From an uncultured Chloroflexia bacterium (GTDB lineage: Bacteria; Chloroflexota; Dehalococcoidia; GIF9; UBA5629), in assembly GCA_963775935.1 (NCBI GenBank), contig CAVZKR010000006.1, positions 111,198 through 175,197 of the forward strand: a stretch of DNA of 64,000 bases, given 5' to 3'. The notes under the pieces were generated by a model. The model saw only the letters and a program-made list of their open reading frames with translations. It had not been told where the DNA came from and made no database searches. A program made the position numbers and the translations under genes. Below are positions 54,538-62,612 of this stretch, one piece after another (the first letter of the stretch is position 1; every line of letters begins with the position of its first letter).

Positions 54538-54585
54538 ACGCTGAAGGGGCCGTCTATTGAGCATAGTTACGGCATCTTTCAGCGT
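54538..54585 (+). other. Intercistronic imperfect stem-loop between TRAP-2 binding-protein and permease genes
   Basis: ACGCTGAA..GCCGT / ACGGC..TTCAGCGT arms (8 + 5 bp with an internal loop) around a 15-nt apical region. Confidence 0.45.
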
Positions 54586-54646
54586 ATTCAGAAGCCTAGT
54601 GGACACAACCGAAACACAATAAGTTGTTTCCACCTAAAGGGGTAAT

Positions 54647-55138
54647 ATGATGCTTAGCAAATACGAGCTATTCGTTAAAAAAATAAGTAACTGGTTTGCG
54701 AATATAGGTGCTGCCATGCTACTACTCATATGTTTTCTTACTTTTTTGGATATAGCAGGTTCAAAGTTCTTTGCCTTGCCTGTGCCTGGCTCGGTAGAGC
54801 TCACAGGTTTCTTACAGACCATGCTGATTCCTTTTGCAGCCGCTTTAACGCTAATTTGCGGCCAACACATCAAGGTGGAGGTATTTACAGACCGCTTACC
54901 TGAGTCGGTAAAAGCCATCCTCGATTGCGTTATCTCTCTCATCTTGTGTTTATTGACAGTAGTTATAATTTGGCAAACTATTGTGTTTGGCATATCCATT
55001 CAAAGCTCAGGTGAATATAGCAATACATTGCACCTGCCTTTGTCCCCCATTATCTATATCATGGCTTTTGCTTTTGTTTCCCTTTGTTTGGCATTTTTGC
55101 TGGGTTTCTTACAATTATTTAGAGGGAGGATTAAATGA
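54647..55138 (+). CDS. TRAP transporter small permease (DctQ-type)
   Basis: 163-aa ORF with four hydrophobic spans. Stop overlaps the next start (ATGA). Confidence 0.75.
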   Translation: MMLSKYELFVKKISNWFANIGAAMLLLICFLTFLDIAGSKFFALPVPGSVELTGFLQTMLIPFAAALTLICGQHIKVEVFTDRLPESVKAILDCVISLILCLLTVVIIWQTIVFGISIQSSGEYSNTLHLPLSPIIYIMAFAFVSLCLAFLLGFLQLFRGRIK

Positions 55139-56439
55139 GTCCTGTCTCCATTGGATATATCTGCATCGGGGCTCTTATTTTGGTAATTGTCCTTAGAGTA
55201 CCAGTTGCTTTCGCCTCGTTGACAATTGGGTTGGTCGGTATGTTATTTCTGCTTCCACCAGCAGCAGCATTACGTTTTGTAGTTTCAGACATATATACAC
55301 AACTCAATTCTTATTCCTTTAGCCTTATCCCAATGTTCGTCATTATGGGTTACTTTGCTGAAATGTCTGGAATGACGAAAAGGCTTTTTGATGCCTTCTA
55401 TATCTGGGTGGGTTGGGTGCGTGGTGGCCTATGTGCGGCCACTGTCTTGGCTTGTGCGGCTTTCGCTGCTGTCTGCGGCTCCGGTGCTGCTACCGCCGCC
55501 ACTATAGGGAAAGTTGCTTATCCTCAAATGAAAAGGTATAACTACGATGACTCTTTGTCCACGGGTTGTATAGCAGCCGCCGGTACGTTGGGCCCACTCA
55601 TACCACCCAGCGGTACCCTAGTTATTTATGCAGTAATGACAGAACAGTCAATCACAAAATGCCTTTTATCGGGTATCATTCCGGGTATAATGATTGCAAT
55701 ATTTATGTGCATTTTGGTTTACGTACTCTGTAAGCGTAACCCTAGTTTAGGCCCTCCTGGTCCAAAAACCAATTGGGGAATGAAGGTGAAAGCATTACCA
55801 TCACTAGCAGAAACCGCAGCGTTGTTCTTCTTTGTTATTGGAGGTATGTTTGGCGGTTTGTTTTCGCCGACTCAGGCGGGAACTGCGGGAGTCTTTGGCA
55901 CCCTGATCATTGGTCTCATGCGCGGAGGTCTAAAATGGAAAGGAGTATGGAACGCCACTAAGGAAGCACTACGTATATCTTGCATGATTATGTTTATGAT
56001 AACTGGTTCTGTTGTTTTTGGTCATTTACTTAGCTTGTCTACGCTGTCATTTGCCCTTATTGAATGGGCTAATAATCTCCCAGTGTCTCCGACAATAATA
56101 GTAATTATCATAATCCTGTTTTATATTGTTGGTGGTTGCTTAATGGATGCTTTGGGCTTAATTGTGCTTACTATTCCTATAACCGCCCCCATGGTGATAA
56201 AGCTTGGTTTTGACCCTATATGGTACGGTTTGATCATATGTATGATGGGTGAGATAGGGGCGATTACACCCCCCGTAGGCATCAGCGTTTATGTGGTTAA
56301 AGCTTTGGTTCCAGAAGTCCCCTTGGGGAAAATATTCGCCGGTATTGTACCGTTCTTGATGGTCATATTATTAGCCTTAATCTTAGTGATAGCTTTTCCC
56401 ATACTTGCCACGTTCATACCGTCTCTTACACGTTTCTAG
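55135..56439 (+). CDS. TRAP transporter large permease (DctM-type)
   Basis: 434-aa polytopic ORF with LACAAFAAVCGSGAATAATIG and GTLGPLIPPS motifs. Confidence 0.9.
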   Translation: MSPVSIGYICIGALILVIVLRVPVAFASLTIGLVGMLFLLPPAAALRFVVSDIYTQLNSYSFSLIPMFVIMGYFAEMSGMTKRLFDAFYIWVGWVRGGLCAATVLACAAFAAVCGSGAATAATIGKVAYPQMKRYNYDDSLSTGCIAAAGTLGPLIPPSGTLVIYAVMTEQSITKCLLSGIIPGIMIAIFMCILVYVLCKRNPSLGPPGPKTNWGMKVKALPSLAETAALFFFVIGGMFGGLFSPTQAGTAGVFGTLIIGLMRGGLKWKGVWNATKEALRISCMIMFMITGSVVFGHLLSLSTLSFALIEWANNLPVSPTIIVIIIILFYIVGGCLMDALGLIVLTIPITAPMVIKLGFDPIWYGLIICMMGEIGAITPPVGISVYVVKALVPEVPLGKIFAGIVPFLMVILLALILVIAFPILATFIPSLTRF

Positions 56440-56767
56440 ATAGCAGACGACAACCATATTAAACATTTGTTTTACAACGCCATTTTTACCCTCCTTATCG
56501 TAACTTGAAGGACATAGAACATCGAAATGTGACCTATCACATCAAAGTCACAATCATCTCACACTTATTGTAGATTCTTATTATTAATGCGATAATGATT
56601 TTTAGGGGAGTAATGAATGGACCTCCTGCCTAGTTGCTTGCCAGCTTCAGGCTTTAACTAGGAAGTGAATCTGGAGTAGTAAAAAATATTCAGTGTGCCT
56701 TCCAAGCAGGCTATCCCGTTGACAGTTGTACTAAAATAGAGTGACTATCAGGAAAAAGGAGGGGGAA

Positions 56768-56995
56768 ATGCCACAAATTTTCAAAGGTATGGCAACGGTA
56801 GCTGTCTGGACACTTTTTATAATTGGATGGATCTCACTAATAGCCGGTTACGTCAACCTGTTAGCTTTATATTTCGGTTTGCCTTTTGCCTCTATGCCAC
56901 CAGGAATTCCACCAGTATGGATGTCCCTTATCGGTGGTTTTATCTGCCTTGCGCTTTCAGTAGCCTTGATGAAACTCAGGCAAATGCTGGAATAA
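56768..56995 (+). CDS. Small membrane protein, unknown function (75 aa, two TM spans)
   Basis: ATG 56768 directly follows AAAAAGGAGGGGGAA. MPQIFKGMATVAVWTLFIIGWISLIAGYV..SLIGGFICLALSVALMKL. Confidence 0.4.
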   Translation: MPQIFKGMATVAVWTLFIIGWISLIAGYVNLLALYFGLPFASMPPGIPPVWMSLIGGFICLALSVALMKLRQMLE

Positions 56996-57032
56996 CATCA
57001 TAGAAAACAATCAATAAAGCGGGCTTATATAC

Positions 57033-57209
57033 TTGATAAAGGTTGGGCTTGAGGAATACTGCGCCATTTGTGGTGGAGGTGGTCTTAATATTGGATTACT
57101 TAAAAAGCTTGAGGATGTGCTCAAATTGAAGCTGTTAGTACCACCACAGCCCCAGATAGTTACCGCACTTGGAGCTGCCCTATTCGCCAAAGAAACGGGT
57201 GATAGTTAG
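57033..57209 (+). pseudogene. C-terminal relic of a BadF/BadG/BcrA/BcrD/HgdC-type ATPase (dehydratase/reductase activase)
   Basis: Frame between TAA 57015 and TAG 57207 reads ..EEYCAICGGGGLNIGLLKKLEDVLKLKLLVPPQPQIVTALGAALFAKETGDS. This is the conserved C-terminal end of activase ATPases (GGVAxN..L...LG..v.vP..PQ..GAlGAAL.A). The roughly 200 N-terminal residues are absent. Confidence 0.55.
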
Positions 57210-57250
57210 TTTTAATGAACATCCTAAGGGTATAGTAACTAAACGGCAAT

Positions 57251-58492
57251 TTAGGCACAATACTGAATTTCCGCATTGGGATAGACCGCGACTTTAACAT
57301 TACCCCTTACATGGTTACCATTCTCAAATAGCTTTAAAACCTTTTCCCATGTGTTCACCAGTATGACCTTATTTTCAGGACTACAAGAGCAGGCTAAAGT
57401 CGGATCAGGGTACTCGCTGAAAATGATCAGCCTGTTTATATGATGTGGAAGCTTAAACTTTCCGGACATGGGACCGCCGCTATTTCTACCGAATGTACCC
57501 AATAGATAATGAATAACGTGACCATCAGGCGCATTGCAAATCAGTATTAAATCTCCACCCTGACTGCTGACAGAGGGTATAGTATTGGACATTCCGCCTT
57601 GTGGTTCATTCACTTTGGCAAAGATATTGGCGATTACTACGTCATTATCGGTGGCTCTAGTGCTCAGATAGTGTTTTTTAGCTATTTCTACTCCTGCTGT
57701 AAAAGTCGACTGCGGATTTCCTGAAAAAATATGAGTTGTTTCTCCCCACATATTACATATGCAATCAATCTTGTAATTTAGCCCGACAATCGTAGCTGCT
57801 TCATCTATCTCCTGACGAAGTGGGTTATCTTTATAAATACCCATTCCCAGATGCCTTTCCTGTTTGACCTTTGCGCCCAGTCTATGGAGAGCCTCGTTTG
57901 TCCCTATTGAAGTTATTCCAGGAAGAACAATTTTGGAGCCGCCACTGAAACCTAAGAGAACATGCGGTGCAATCGAACCAATGCCAATCTTAAAGTCACA
58001 CTTCATTACCTCGGCATTTGCCAGAACCCTGATTCCCTTACTGGTAGTACCCACATAAGTGCAGGAATTGTCGAGTGCATTATGGTTATAGACTGGAAAC
58101 CTGGATACCACTTCTTCACCCAGCTTCCTTACAAAGTCAAATCTACCCATTGTCCCATGACAGCCTAAAGCAGAGATAAAGCGTATCCTGTTATCTGGAA
58201 TCCCTGCCTCAACCAGTTCTTCAAGAACAAATGGCACTATCTGCGCCACCCGGGTGACCCGGGACATATCATCAAAAATTATCGCCACCTCCTGTTTATT
58301 TTTAGCTAGTTTCCCTATCCGAGGCGAACCGATAGGTTTCTGTATGGCAGCTCTTATTTGCTCCAGCTTCATTGCTGGCACATTGAAGCCTTCCATATTA
58401 TAAACACCTACCTGCCAACTATCCGGTACAGGAAGGTTTGATTCGCTACTACCATACCAGGCTAACTGCGGCAACTTAATAGTATTAGTCAT
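57251..58492 (-). CDS. LarA-like protein (lactate racemase N-terminal domain / DUF2088; nickel-pincer-dependent 2-hydroxyacid racemase/epimerase family)
   Basis: 413-aa ORF with IIFDDMSRVT, ALGCHGTM, and APHVLLGFSGGSKIVLPG. By eye these match the LarA His108 / His174 / Lys184 contexts. Confidence 0.75.
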   Translation of the reverse strand: MTNTIKLPQLAWYGSSESNLPVPDSWQVGVYNMEGFNVPAMKLEQIRAAIQKPIGSPRIGKLAKNKQEVAIIFDDMSRVTRVAQIVPFVLEELVEAGIPDNRIRFISALGCHGTMGRFDFVRKLGEEVVSRFPVYNHNALDNSCTYVGTTSKGIRVLANAEVMKCDFKIGIGSIAPHVLLGFSGGSKIVLPGITSIGTNEALHRLGAKVKQERHLGMGIYKDNPLRQEIDEAATIVGLNYKIDCICNMWGETTHIFSGNPQSTFTAGVEIAKKHYLSTRATDNDVVIANIFAKVNEPQGGMSNTIPSVSSQGGDLILICNAPDGHVIHYLLGTFGRNSGGPMSGKFKLPHHINRLIIFSEYPDPTLACSCSPENKVILVNTWEKVLKLFENGNHVRGNVKVAVYPNAEIQYCA

Positions 58493-58603
58493 AAAATACT
58501 CCCCACGGATTTTTTAACGCGTTCCAATGTCATACTCGGCATTTTTATTATTTTCAATTACCACCAGCATTACATTGGATCAAAAATCGCATAATAGCAC
58601 TTT

Positions 58604-60439
58604 TTAGAGACATTGTTCCAAACCCAACTCAATAAGTTTTTCCCTGGTTGGTATACCCTCTTCACCCCACCCCCTGACGATATAATACTCATTTAACATT
58701 GTCCCAAAATGAAAAAGATTTCCCCTGGTCCCTCCTGTAGTAAGTTTATGGGTAAGAATTCGAGGTGGCAACATATCATCTTTTCGGCTGATTCCACGCT
58801 TTACACTAAACATACGTTTAAGATTAAAAATGCGCTCACCAATTAGTATAAACTCATCCAGAGTCATATCCCACCCCGTGGCACTATTAAGTGCCTGCAA
58901 AAGATATGAGGGTTGTACTCCGTTACCTACAAACAAAAACAGGCAAACAGTAATAGAGTCCAGCATACAACCAAAATCCTGTGTCTTGGCTACCAACCTC
59001 CCCTTACCCTCTACATCAAAACGATTAAAAGCAACCGGAAATCCCAATTCCGGAGAAGTCCGCGGCTGAGGTAATTCCATCCAGTTTTCCAGGTGGTCAG
59101 CACCAACAGGCTCCATATGAGCTGCCCCGATACTGCCTGTGGCATATCCCAAAGCATGACTGGCCAAAGAACGTGGGTCATGTGCGGGGAACTCCAGGCC
59201 TTTAACATGCATAGCATACTCAGAGGCAATTCCCCCAATGCGCTCGGCAGCCCTCTTGACACCCTCCCCAAGTAACTCCCCAAATCCCTCACGTTCGCCT
59301 ATCTTCTGCAATAGTGCCATTACTGCTTCAAAATTACCCCATTTCAACTCGATACCGTCAGTATCCTCCTTGTTAATCAATCCCTTTTCAAAGCACTCGA
59401 TAGCGAAGGAGATGACAGCACCAGTGGATATTGTATCCAGACCATACTTATTGCAAAGAGTATAAGCCTCCTGCATGGCCTCGGCATTGGCAATATAGCA
59501 ATTAGTACCGAGCGGCCCCCACGATTCCCATACCATATGCCTCTCGCCGCTCTTAAGCTGGTATGATTCTAAACAGCTATTAGGACAGCGTGCACAGTGC
59601 AGAGGCTTCGCATCGCGCATGGTTTCGGTATATACACGACCTTCTTCAAAAGAACCTTCTGACCAGTTTTTCACCGGTACCCGACCGTAGACAAAGAAAT
59701 TTTTAAATACCATCATGTCGTTGGCAAGACGTTCCTCTGGTTTTGCTATCTGACAGAAAGGGCGTATCTTCTGCACAGCCTCATTGAGCTTCCCCTCATC
59801 ATAGAAGTTTATGGGCAGCGTCCCCCTGACTGCGATAGCTTTCAGGTTTTTCGACCCCATCACCGCTCCCAGACCGCATCGAGCTGCTGCTCTACCTTGC
59901 TTGCCATCATTCATAACGCCAGCAATCTTCACCAGTCTCTCGCCAGCTACACCAATGCAGGCAACGCTGGACTTAGCATCGGTCTCACGTTGGAGTATGT
60001 CAGACACTTCATACGTATCTTTGCCCCAAACTTGCACGGCATCACGGATTTCAGCTTTCTGATTATGTAGCCAAAGGTATACAGGCTTGCTCGCCCGACC
60101 CTCCACAATAATGCCATCAAGTCCAGCATGCCTCAGTTCATCAGCAAATCTACCTCCTGAATGAGCCTGTCCCCATATACCAGTAAGAGGAGAAATACCA
60201 GCAATAATATAGCGACTGCTTTTCGGTAAAATACTACCTGTAAGAGGCCCTGCCATGAATAGTAACTTATTTTCAGGTGATAAGGGGTCAGTGTCAGGTG
60301 TTGTCTCATCCCATAAAATTTTTGCAGCTAAACCAACACCACCAATGTATTTCCTTGCCTTCGGTTCATCAAGGTAATCATAGTTTATGTCTCCAGTAGA
60401 CAAATTAACACGCAGGATTTTACTATTATAACCTTTCAT
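58604..60439 (-). CDS. Aldehyde:ferredoxin oxidoreductase (tungstopterin AOR family)
   Basis: MKGYNSKILRVNLSTG N-terminus (ATG 60439 follows GAGGAGAG by 8 nt; the track start 60457 is longer). CARCPNSC (CxxCxxxC) cluster motif and AOR domains 1-3 length. Confidence 0.85.
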   Translation of the reverse strand: MKGYNSKILRVNLSTGDINYDYLDEPKARKYIGGVGLAAKILWDETTPDTDPLSPENKLLFMAGPLTGSILPKSSRYIIAGISPLTGIWGQAHSGGRFADELRHAGLDGIIVEGRASKPVYLWLHNQKAEIRDAVQVWGKDTYEVSDILQRETDAKSSVACIGVAGERLVKIAGVMNDGKQGRAAARCGLGAVMGSKNLKAIAVRGTLPINFYDEGKLNEAVQKIRPFCQIAKPEERLANDMMVFKNFFVYGRVPVKNWSEGSFEEGRVYTETMRDAKPLHCARCPNSCLESYQLKSGERHMVWESWGPLGTNCYIANAEAMQEAYTLCNKYGLDTISTGAVISFAIECFEKGLINKEDTDGIELKWGNFEAVMALLQKIGEREGFGELLGEGVKRAAERIGGIASEYAMHVKGLEFPAHDPRSLASHALGYATGSIGAAHMEPVGADHLENWMELPQPRTSPELGFPVAFNRFDVEGKGRLVAKTQDFGCMLDSITVCLFLFVGNGVQPSYLLQALNSATGWDMTLDEFILIGERIFNLKRMFSVKRGISRKDDMLPPRILTHKLTTGGTRGNLFHFGTMLNEYYIVRGWGEEGIPTREKLIELGLEQCL

Positions 60440-60797
60440 TATTTGCTCTCTCCTCATACCACACTGTGTGGCAACAAGAAATACTCATATTGTGCGCAAT
60501 AATCTTGTACCTTGTCAAACCCTTAATCCTGTCTGGAAAAGCTCGCCTTAAAAGCGGTTTTAAGAGTGGCTAAAAGTTACACGACTCTAAAACAGTTCAT
60601 CGCGCTTTCAAACCCCATCTCCCACTCTGTTGCCCCCTTAAATACAAAATAAACCTATTGACATACCCTGGAGTAACTGACATTATATAGTTAATGCGGA
60701 GTACTTCTGCACAGCTACAGTTAACAAACAGTTAGATTGAAAATTGTGACTGTGTACGCAATCGCTAACAAATGACCATTATTCAGGGAGGAGATCA

Positions 60798-61589
60798 ATG
60801 AATAAGAATCGAGTACATATTATTCTATCTATTTTAAACTTACTCGGATTCCTGGGGACAGTTATTGTGAACGGACTGGCCAATGCTCTTCCGATAAATA
60901 ATAAAACGACTGGCCAGTTATCTGACCAATATCCTAACTTATTTGTGCCGGCAGGTCTGACCTTTTCAATTTGGGGAATAATCTATATTCTCCTTGCGAT
61001 CTTCGTCATATACCAGTTAATCTCCGCTATAAGAAAGGACACGCAAACTACCTCGTTTATCGATAAAATCGGTATACTGTTTTTCATCACCTCGATTGCA
61101 AATATTGGTTGGATTTTTGCCTGGCACTATATGGTTCTCCCCTTGTCTCTCATTCTCATGCTCATACTATTGGGAACACTGATTGCCATCTACTTGCGAT
61201 TAGGCATCGGTAAATCTAATGCATCAAAAACTGAAAAATACTTAGTGCATCTTCCGTTCAGTGTATATCTTGGTTGGATTACCATCGCAACAATTGCCAA
61301 TACGACAGCTTTATTAGTTGATATCAAATGGAACACGTTTGGGTTTAGCGAGCAATTCTGGACTGTGGCTGTTATTATTGTCGGGATAGCCATTGCACTG
61401 GTATTACTCAGGAAACGAAATGATATATTTTTCTGTCTCGTCGTAGATTGGGCATTATTGGGCATATTAATAAAAAGGCTCGCTATCGAAGCGACACCTG
61501 CTCAGAGTGTCGTTGTGGTTGCTATTATTGGGTTAGTACTTATTACTCTCGGAATCATAGTCCAAATCATCAGGAAAAAAGTCTATTAA
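60798..61589 (+). CDS. Polytopic membrane protein, TspO/MBR-related (tryptophan-rich sensory protein-like)
   Basis: 263-aa ORF with GGGAGGAG RBS. LFVPAGLTFSIWGIIYILL, IGWIFAWHY and VYLGWITIATIAN are reminiscent of the TspO family. Longer than classical TspO. Confidence 0.5.
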   Translation: MNKNRVHIILSILNLLGFLGTVIVNGLANALPINNKTTGQLSDQYPNLFVPAGLTFSIWGIIYILLAIFVIYQLISAIRKDTQTTSFIDKIGILFFITSIANIGWIFAWHYMVLPLSLILMLILLGTLIAIYLRLGIGKSNASKTEKYLVHLPFSVYLGWITIATIANTTALLVDIKWNTFGFSEQFWTVAVIIVGIAIALVLLRKRNDIFFCLVVDWALLGILIKRLAIEATPAQSVVVVAIIGLVLITLGIIVQIIRKKVY

Positions 61590-61821
61590 GTAAACAGATT
61601 CTGATGATACCTGCGCTCATATAGCAAGCTATGCTAAGTCTTACTTTGTAGTAGATAAGTTGTTTGGATTTGGTCACGGTCAGTAGCAGTCACATGAAAA
61701 AAGTAGCAAATAAATCCGAAAAATGAACTGTAATTTTCTCTTCATTCGAATAAAGTGTATAATCAACTGCGCATTTTCATCATTTTTTCAAAATATCACG
61801 GTTAAGCGGAGTATTAGCATC

Positions 61822-62370
61822 ATGCGATATGGTATTAAAATAATCCTTCTTATCACTCTATTTTTATTCGTTACAGCCTGCATGGACCCTGAATATGCCC
61901 ATCTTAAAAAAGGCGATGACTATTCCGAAAAAGAGAAATGGAGTGAGGCTATTATTGAATATACCAAAGCAATCGAGCTTTCGCCAAATATGATTAAAGC
62001 CTATAACAACCGGGCTACTGCATATACTGAAAAGGGTGAGTATGATAAAGCCATAGCCGACTGCACAAAGGCAATCGAAATGGACCCGAAATCCACTATA
62101 CCTTACTACAACCGCAGTATTGCTTACCTCTATAACCGTGAATATAACAAGGCAATTTCTGATTGCGAAAAAATCATCGAGTTCGGATTAAATTCGTCCT
62201 GGGTTTACTATCATCGGGGTATGGGTTACTTTGGATTGGAAAATTACAGGTCTGCGATTGCTGACTTCACGACGGCAAAGCGGATATCAACGAGTACCCA
62301 ATTTATTCAGATGGTAGACCAGAAAATCAAGGATGCCGAAATATTTATGAATAAGCCACAACCGCAGTAG
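61822..62370 (+). CDS. TPR-repeat lipoprotein
   Basis: ATG 61822 gives MRYGIKIILLITLFLFVTAC (lipobox VTAC). At least four 34-aa TPR units follow (AIxxYxKAIELxPxxxxAYxNR pattern). Confidence 0.75.
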   Translation: MRYGIKIILLITLFLFVTACMDPEYAHLKKGDDYSEKEKWSEAIIEYTKAIELSPNMIKAYNNRATAYTEKGEYDKAIADCTKAIEMDPKSTIPYYNRSIAYLYNREYNKAISDCEKIIEFGLNSSWVYYHRGMGYFGLENYRSAIADFTTAKRISTSTQFIQMVDQKIKDAEIFMNKPQPQ

Positions 62371-62424
62371 TCAACCTGTAAGTTGTTCGAAATGTTGTTC
62401 GATTGCGATGATTATATATAATTT

Positions 62425-62453
62425 TTGACAACTGGAACGTAATACGATATACT
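62425..62453 (+). promoter_or_regulatory. Promoter of the pantothenate operon leader
   Basis: TTGACA 62425-62430, 17-nt spacer, TATACT 62448-62453. Confidence 0.55.
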
Positions 62454-62459
62454 AGAAAT

Positions 62460-62600
62460 CGCCATCGACCCATGTGGCGGTGAGCGTGTATTTACAATAG
62501 AATACAAAAAGCGCTTGGATCAGAAACGACCGAGACGTGATATAGGGAAGATTAGGTTGTTGTGCCTTCTCGGCAGTGCTGAGAAGGCTTTTTATTTTTT
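62460..62600 (+). ncRNA. About 140-nt cis-regulatory leader (attenuator / possible pan-motif RNA) upstream of DUF2520-panD-panB
   Basis: Lies between a near-consensus promoter and an intrinsic terminator that ends 12 nt before the start codon. Contains hairpin CGCCA-n10-TGGCG (62460-62479), and GGGAAG (62544-62549) can pair with CTTCTC of the terminator 5' arm. Confidence 0.4.
62564..62600 (+). terminator. Intrinsic terminator inside the 5' leader
   Basis: GCCTTCTC-ggcagtgct-GAGAAGGC (perfect 8-bp stem) followed by TTTTTATTTTTT. Confidence 0.75.
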
Positions 62601-62612
62601 CAGGAGAGGTAA

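Noticed and set aside
60461-60473. Palindrome CCACAC-T-GTGTGG just upstream of the AOR start codon
   Set aside because: It is only 6 bp per arm and lies within the probable 5' UTR. It is not distinguishable from chance without comparative data.
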